Positions 26,149-31,525 of a stretch of DNA of 31,525 bases are shown here, one piece after another. Position 1 is the stretch's first letter. Every line of letters starts with the position of its first letter. The DNA comes from Pseudomonadota bacterium (lineage in GTDB: Bacteria > Bdellovibrionota_B > Oligoflexia > Oligoflexales > CAIYRB01), in the NCBI GenBank assembly GCA_031416315.1, contig JANOTL010000198.1, positions 1 through 31,525 on the forward strand, given 5' to 3'. A model generated the notes under the pieces. It ran no database searches and was not told the origin of the DNA. It saw only the letters and a program-made list of their open reading frames with translations. The translations under genes and the position numbers were made by a program.

Positions 26149-28531
26149 CTTTTTTCGCCTCGCGCGTGAACGCGAACTCGCAGAGATATTCGATCAGCTT
26201 GTCGCTCTGCTGGTCGTTGACGTTCGTCAGCATGACGCCGTGCGTGTACTCGCCGCCGTCGGTGTAGCCCCAGCGCACTTCGCCCTGCAGTACCTCGATG
26301 CCGTCGCGGGCAAGAAGGCCTTTCAGCGTGCCGGCGGCCGCGTCGAGGACGATGTTCATGCGGGTACCCTTCGCCAGGAGCTGCGGGAGTCGGATCGAGA
26401 GGCCGGTGTGCGAGAAGTTGACGAGCTGGCCTTCGCCGAAGTCACAGGAGAGTTGGAACTTCGAGGGGTCGTGGACGGGCCAGCGCTGGTCGACACGTTC
26501 AATGTTAGCACACTTGCGGAAGCCCTCGAGGGCCGCGGCGCGGGTCTGCGGGTCCTGGTAAAACGGGTCGTACTCGTACGCCTCGACGAGCTCCGAATGA
26601 TGCTTGATGCGGATAAAACGCTTGGTGAACGCCTCTTGCGGGAGGCCGATGCCGCGCACGAGGTCGTCCGTCGTCGCGCCGATGAGGACCGAGTGCATCT
26701 CGCAGGCGCCCTCGAGGCGCTTCGCGAAGTTGACGCCGTTGCCGACGACGGTGAAGTCGATCCGCGAGCCGCTGCCGAGGTCGCCCAAGTAACACGAGGC
26801 CGTGTTGATGCCGATGCGCAAGGGGTACACGGGCTCGCCGGCCGCGGCCGCCTCGAGGTTACATTTCAGGTTGTCCTCCTGAATCGCGACGCCACATCGT
26901 AGCGCCTGTTCCGCGTGATCGGGTGAGGACGAGTCGGAGTCAAAGCGGTAGCCGAAGTAGCAGAGGAGACCGTCACCGAGCGTCTTGTCGATGACTCCTC
27001 CGTGCAGATGAATGGTCTCGCCGATCTTGGCGAGCATCTTCTTCAGGTTCTCGAAGGCCATGCGCGGGAGCATGTTCTCGGCGAGGAGCGAGAAGCCGAC
27101 CACGTCGACGAACATCAGCGTCACGACGCGCTCGCGGGCCTCGAAGCTGATCTGCTCGGGATTTTTCAAAATCGCCTTCAAATCGTCCGCGTTGACAGAG
27201 CCTTCCAGCGCCAGGCGGAGGAGCTGGACCTTGCGCTCGCTCCTGCGGTTCTTCTCGGCGAAAACGGTGAGGGCGGCGCCGACGTAACCGACCGCGGGAA
27301 AGAGCCAGGGGATGACGAGCGACATATAAGCGAAGCCGTAGATCGACATCAGGATGCCGCCGAGAAGTCCGCCGAGCATCGCGATCCAGAAGGTCGTGGC
27401 CGCGCATTTGACGGCGACGACGACGCCGACGACGACGGCGAGGGCGATCAGAGACTCGCCGTAGGCGAGCGGCTTCAGCCACTGTCCGGTGAGGACGCTG
27501 TTCAGCATCGTCGCGATGACGAAGCCGCCCGGTGTGTAGCCGAAGGGCGTGAGCTTGAAGTCGGTGTTGCCGGTGAACATCTGCGGGATGATGAGGACGA
27601 CGTCGCCCTCCTCGATCAGCTTCGAAGGCTTGCCGTCGCGGGCGAGCTGGATCAAGCCCTTCATGCTCTTGTTCTTCTCGGAGAACTTCGACGGCATGGG
27701 GAAGTTGACGGTCAACATGCCGTGGTTGTCGATCGGGACGAGGTGGCCGTCGAGGTAGAGGTGGCCGCGCTCGATCTTGCGCTCCTTCGCCAGATACAGC
27801 GAAAGATGCGCGATCGCTTGATCGTCGGCCATCCGCAGAAAGGGCTGGATCTGGCCCGAGCCGGAATAGAGAAAATGGCCGATGTCGCCGAAGACCGGCT
27901 GCAGCTCTTTTGCCGCGCCGTAGGCGTACCAGCCGCGATCGTCGGTCATCGCGGGGAGCTCGCTTTCGGCGAACTTGCCACCGGGCGAGCCGAGCATCCC
28001 GGAGAGCTGATACGAAGGCCGCGTCAGGTCGAGCGCCTCGCGGTAGCGAATCGGCGCCGGCGTCACGAACGAGCCGACGATGACCGGCACGTCGAGCGAC
28101 TTCAAAACGTCGATCGTCTGGTCGAGGTCGCCGGTGAGATCATCGGCACGCGAGAACATGGCGTCGACGAAGATGGCCCGCGGCTTGTTGGCGGCCAAGG
28201 TTTTGAAGACGCGGGCCCACTCTTCGAGCGAGAGCACCCAGGTGCCGATCTTGGCGAAGGTCGAGTCGTCGATGGAGTAGAGCTTCAGCTTCGGGCTGAT
28301 CTCGGGGCTCTTGCCGACGAACTCGCGGATGCGGAACATCAGCGGATGGGCGATGCGCGAGTCGAGATAGGAGCCGAGCTCCGAGCGGAAGGCGAAGACG
28401 AGCACGCCCGCCCACAAGACGCCGACGAGAAAGGCCCAACGCCAGCCGATCGACGTGCGGCCCGACATGCCTTGCATGTTGCCGCCTTCGGAAGCCGCGC
28501 TTCCGCCCCTCGACTTTTGTTTGTCCGCCAT
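26132..28531 (-). CDS. CHASE2-sensor class III adenylate cyclase with a C-terminal PilZ domain
   Basis: N-terminal TM, CHASE2-like region (LYSIDD, IFVDAMF, TPFG..PG), three TMs, cyclase motifs MFVDVVGFS, DKTLGDG, RIGINT, DFTVVGNGVNFAKRLE, then RVDQR...NFSHTG...GEVRW. Start taken at MADKQ. Confidence 0.88.
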   Translation of the reverse strand: MADKQKSRGGSAASEGGNMQGMSGRTSIGWRWAFLVGVLWAGVLVFAFRSELGSYLDSRIAHPLMFRIREFVGKSPEISPKLKLYSIDDSTFAKIGTWVLSLEEWARVFKTLAANKPRAIFVDAMFSRADDLTGDLDQTIDVLKSLDVPVIVGSFVTPAPIRYREALDLTRPSYQLSGMLGSPGGKFAESELPAMTDDRGWYAYGAAKELQPVFGDIGHFLYSGSGQIQPFLRMADDQAIAHLSLYLAKERKIERGHLYLDGHLVPIDNHGMLTVNFPMPSKFSEKNKSMKGLIQLARDGKPSKLIEEGDVVLIIPQMFTGNTDFKLTPFGYTPGGFVIATMLNSVLTGQWLKPLAYGESLIALAVVVGVVVAVKCAATTFWIAMLGGLLGGILMSIYGFAYMSLVIPWLFPAVGYVGAALTVFAEKNRRSERKVQLLRLALEGSVNADDLKAILKNPEQISFEARERVVTLMFVDVVGFSLLAENMLPRMAFENLKKMLAKIGETIHLHGGVIDKTLGDGLLCYFGYRFDSDSSSPDHAEQALRCGVAIQEDNLKCNLEAAAAGEPVYPLRIGINTASCYLGDLGSGSRIDFTVVGNGVNFAKRLEGACEMHSVLIGATTDDLVRGIGLPQEAFTKRFIRIKHHSELVEAYEYDPFYQDPQTRAAALEGFRKCANIERVDQRWPVHDPSKFQLSCDFGEGQLVNFSHTGLSIRLPQLLAKGTRMNIVLDAAAGTLKGLLARDGIEVLQGEVRWGYTDGGEYTHGVMLTNVNDQQSDKLIEYLCEFAFTREAKKDAKAS

Positions 28532-28538
28532 GGTCTTG

Positions 28539-28566
28539 GTTTCGGCGCGTCCCGCCGCGGCATTGA
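28539..28566 (-). promoter_or_regulatory. Sigma28 (FliA)-like promoter, probably leaderless
   Basis: Minus strand TCAAT-N15-GCCGAAAC-N7-ATG(28531). Confidence 0.5.
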
Positions 28567-28817
28567 GGCGGCGGCGAGGGGGACGCGTCAGAAAGACCGG
28601 CCACCTGGCCAATCTCGCGCTTGCGCCTCTCGCAATTCCCAGCTATACGTTTTCATCAATCGCGGACTTGTGCCGCGGGGTCCCCCCAGAGCGTATCCCG
28701 ACACCCTTCGTTTTCAGACGAAGGCGTCGCTTTGGCTCCGTATTCGAGTCGTGAGTGATCCCGGGCCCAACGGTCTGGATCATGTTGATTCTGCGGCCAT
28801 ATTGGGGGACCCGCGCT

Positions 28818-29843
28818 TTGTCTCTTTCGCCTATCTCCGTGCCTCCGGCGCTCCTGAGCGTCGAGAGCCTTCAGACGACGTTTTTCACCAAGGCCGGCGC
28901 CGTGCGCGCGGTCGACGGCGTCAGCTTCTCCGTGCCGAAGGGCAAGACGCTTGGCATCGTCGGCGAATCGGGCTGCGGCAAAAGCGTCACCAGCTTTTCG
29001 ATCCTGCGGCTTCTTTCCGCGCCGGGTCAGGTGACGGGCGGCCGCATCCTCTTCAAAGGGCAGGACCTGCTGACGCTGGCGCCGGATGCGATGCGCAGAG
29101 TGCGCGGCAAAGAGATCGCCACGATCTTCCAGGAACCGATGACGGCGCTGAACCCGGTGCTGACGATCGGCTACCAGATCGCCGAGCAGATCATCGCGCA
29201 TGAAGGCGTGACGAAGGCCGAAGCGCGCCGCCGCGGCGTCGAGCTCCTGGCCCAGGTCGGGATTCCGTCGCCGGAAAAGCGCATCGACGACTACCCGCAC
29301 CAGCTGTCGGGCGGCATGCGGCAGCGCGCCATGATCGCGATGGCGCTCTCGTGCAATCCAGAGCTCCTGATCGCCGACGAGCCGACGACCGCGCTCGACG
29401 TGACGATCCAGGCTCAGATCCTGGACCTCCTGCAGAAGCTCCAGGCGGAGCGCCACATGTCGATGCAGTTCATCACCCACGATCTGGGCGTGATCTCCGA
29501 GATCGCCGACCGCGTCCTCGTGATGTACGCCGGCACCGTGGTCGAGGAGGCCGAGGCGGACGATCTGTTCGCACATCCGCGCCATCCGTACACGGTGGGG
29601 CTCATGAGCTCGATCCCACGCATGGACGAGCCGGAGACGGGCCGTCGCGAGCGCCTGCGGACGATTCCAGGATCGGTGCCGTCGCTTCTTTCCTTGCCGC
29701 CGGGTTGCCGTTTCCAGAATCGTTGTCCGCGCGCTTCCGAGCGTTGCCGCAGGGAAGAGCCTACGCTCGCGCCCGTCGGAGTCCACAACCCGACGTCGCC
29801 TGCGCCTGCGGACACCCGCGTCGCCTGCTTCCACCCGTACTGA
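28818..29843 (+). CDS. oppD: Oligopeptide/dipeptide ABC transporter ATPase
   Basis: [49 protein letters not shown] at 28818 (after GGGGGA) is the likelier start than GTG at 28755. Confidence 0.92.
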   Translation: MSLSPISVPPALLSVESLQTTFFTKAGAVRAVDGVSFSVPKGKTLGIVGESGCGKSVTSFSILRLLSAPGQVTGGRILFKGQDLLTLAPDAMRRVRGKEIATIFQEPMTALNPVLTIGYQIAEQIIAHEGVTKAEARRRGVELLAQVGIPSPEKRIDDYPHQLSGGMRQRAMIAMALSCNPELLIADEPTTALDVTIQAQILDLLQKLQAERHMSMQFITHDLGVISEIADRVLVMYAGTVVEEAEADDLFAHPRHPYTVGLMSSIPRMDEPETGRRERLRTIPGSVPSLLSLPPGCRFQNRCPRASERCRREEPTLAPVGVHNPTSPAPADTRVACFHPY

Positions 29844-29859
29844 GCGAGGACAAAACGCC

Positions 29860-30870
29860 ATGACGCGCGAGCTGCTCGCCATTCACAACGTCAAGAAACA
29901 TTTTCCGATCCGCTCGGGGCTTCTCCTGCGGCAGACCGGAACGGTGCATGCCGTCGACGGCGTGAGCCTCACCTTGAACGCGGGCGAGACCCTGGGCCTC
30001 GTCGGCGAGTCCGGCTGCGGCAAGTCCACGCTCGGCCGCACGGCGATCCGCATTTACGAGCCCACGGCGGGCGAGGTGCGCTTCGAGGGCAAGGACGTCT
30101 CACACCTCTCGGGCAAGGCGCTCTTCGACTTCCGGCGCGACGTGCAGATGATCTTCCAAGATCCTTACAGCTCGCTCAACCCGCGGCGCACGGTCGCGAG
30201 CATCATCGAGCAGCCGCTCGTGATCCACGGCGTTCCGGCGGCGGAGCGGTCGCGACGCGTGCGCGAGCTTCTCGATAAGATCGGCCTGGGCGCCTGGGCG
30301 CAGAATCGCTACCCGCACGAGTTCTCCGGCGGCCAAAGGCAAAGGATCGCGATCGCCCGCGCCATCGCCCTGAAGCCCAAGGTCGTGATCGCGGACGAGC
30401 CGGTCTCCGCCCTCGACGTCTCCGTGCAGTCGCAGATCCTGAACCTGATGGCGGAGCTGCAGGACGAGCTCGGAATGGCTTACCTCTTCGTGTCGCACAA
30501 CCTGGCCGTCATCAAGCACATGTGCGACCGCGTCGCCGTCATGTACCTCGGCGGTGTCGTCGAAGAGGCCACGCGCGAGGCGCTCTTCGCCGCGCCGAAG
30601 CATCCCTACACGCAGGCCCTCATGGCGGCGAACCCGATCCCGGGGCAGGGCCGCCGCCGCATGCGGCCGATGCTGACGGGAGACGTGCCGTCGCCCGTGA
30701 AGCCGCCGCCGGGCTGCAAATTCCATCCGCGCTGCCCGCTCGCGACGGCAAAATGCAAGGTCGAGGTTCCCGCCCTGAAGAACATCGGCACCGCTGAGGC
30801 ACCGTATAAGGTCGCGTGTCACTACGTTCTAAGCATGACTGATTATCCGAAAATGGCCCCCACCACGTAG
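29860..30870 (+). CDS. oppF: Oligopeptide/dipeptide ABC transporter ATPase
   Basis: [52 protein letters not shown]. Confidence 0.93.
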   Translation: MTRELLAIHNVKKHFPIRSGLLLRQTGTVHAVDGVSLTLNAGETLGLVGESGCGKSTLGRTAIRIYEPTAGEVRFEGKDVSHLSGKALFDFRRDVQMIFQDPYSSLNPRRTVASIIEQPLVIHGVPAAERSRRVRELLDKIGLGAWAQNRYPHEFSGGQRQRIAIARAIALKPKVVIADEPVSALDVSVQSQILNLMAELQDELGMAYLFVSHNLAVIKHMCDRVAVMYLGGVVEEATREALFAAPKHPYTQALMAANPIPGQGRRRMRPMLTGDVPSPVKPPPGCKFHPRCPLATAKCKVEVPALKNIGTAEAPYKVACHYVLSMTDYPKMAPTT

Positions 30871-30889
30871 GTCTCACTAAGGAGCTCGC

Positions 30890-31525
30890 ATGAAACGCAG
30901 GAAAAGTGTCTGGAAGGGAATCGCGATCGCTGCCGTCCTAGCGGCGACGGAAGCCTCGGGAGCGCAGCTCACCGTGGGCACGAGTCAGGAGTTCGAGAGT
31001 CTGAATCCGCTCATCGCGCAAATGTCGGCCTCGACTTGGACCTACCTGGCCGTGCAACGGCCGGTCACGTCGATCAACCCGGACTGGAAGTGGCAGTGCT
31101 ACCTCTGCGTCACCCTGCCCACGCTCGAAAACGGGCTGGCGAAGGTGATCGACGAAGGCGGCGTGAAGAAGATGCTCGTCACCTGGGAGCTCAAGCCGGA
31201 AGCCACCTGGGGCGACGGCAAGCCCGTGATCGCCGAGGATTTCAAGCTGAGCTGGGAGGTCGGGAAGGATCCGGGCGTCCAGGTCGGCTCGCGCGACACG
31301 TACGAGCGCATCGAGACCGTCGAGATCGACAAGGCGAACCCGAAGAAATTCACGGTGAAGCTCCGTGAGGCACGTTACGACTTCAACCAGCTGCCGATAA
31401 ACCTCCTGCCGTCGTCGGTCGAAGGCCCGATCTATCAGAAGGCCAAGGGCCAGCCCGAGGCCTACGAGAAGGCGACCGCCTACACGACGGACCCGACGAA
31501 CCCGGGCCTCTACAACGGGCCCTTC
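30890..31525 (+). CDS. Peptide ABC transporter substrate-binding protein (family 5), truncated by the window end
   Basis: Not in the ORF track. AAGGAG SD, then MKRRKSVWKGIAIAAVLAATEASGAQLTVGTSQEFESLNPL...LPTLENG...WGDGKPVIAEDFKLSW...YNGPF. Confidence 0.88.
   Translation, partial: MKRRKSVWKGIAIAAVLAATEASGAQLTVGTSQEFESLNPLIAQMSASTWTYLAVQRPVTSINPDWKWQCYLCVTLPTLENGLAKVIDEGGVKKMLVTWELKPEATWGDGKPVIAEDFKLSWEVGKDPGVQVGSRDTYERIETVEIDKANPKKFTVKLREARYDFNQLPINLLPSSVEGPIYQKAKGQPEAYEKATAYTTDPTNPGLYNGPF

Noticed and set aside
24355..29203. Long ORFs 24355..26169 and 27002..29203 (+), and similarly 20043..21887 and the 5' parts of 12149..14137, 14291..16237, 16182..17624, 22025..23311 and 22387..24204
   Set aside because: Arg/Ala-rich off-frame or antisense readings overlapping well-supported genes; no recognisable motifs.
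1..31525. CRISPR array, tRNA/rRNA, IS element, retron or diversity-generating retroelement
   Set aside because: I saw no repeat-spacer array, cloverleaf, transposase or reverse transcriptase. The fibre repeat differences are synonymous and not adenine-directed.

Overview
GC-rich bacterial chromosomal window. The gene content suggests Bdellovibrionota/Oligoflexia or a related delta-type lineage, which is inference only. Left to right: the efp-accB-accC operon (minus strand, accC truncated); a divergent two-gene surface-fibre locus (1146-aa mosaic tail-fibre-like protein plus a secreted FN3/glycine-rich protein); a CBM-fused metallophosphoesterase; a CotH-type kinase lipoprotein; an NlpC/P60 protein with a Cys-rich insert; a DedA/VTT-lipase fusion; a DUF1554-like lipoprotein; PilZ-panP-trpG; a Tat-exported dioxygenase-like protein; trpE; an amidohydrolase; a beta-barrel protein plus kynB; a thermonuclease; a CHASE2-adenylate cyclase-PilZ protein; and the start of an oligopeptide ABC operon. 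The strongest unannotated signal is a ~165-nt minus-strand sRNA candidate at ~24224-24389, with a perfect sigma54 promoter, a closing stem, eight UCC motifs (anti-Shine-Dalgarno-like) and an intrinsic terminator. Also notable are three sigma28-like promoters each exactly 7 nt before an ATG (probably leaderless), and a chain of overlapping mini-ORFs, one an SPFH C-terminal remnant, leading into trpE. I found no rRNA, tRNA, CRISPR array or mobile element.
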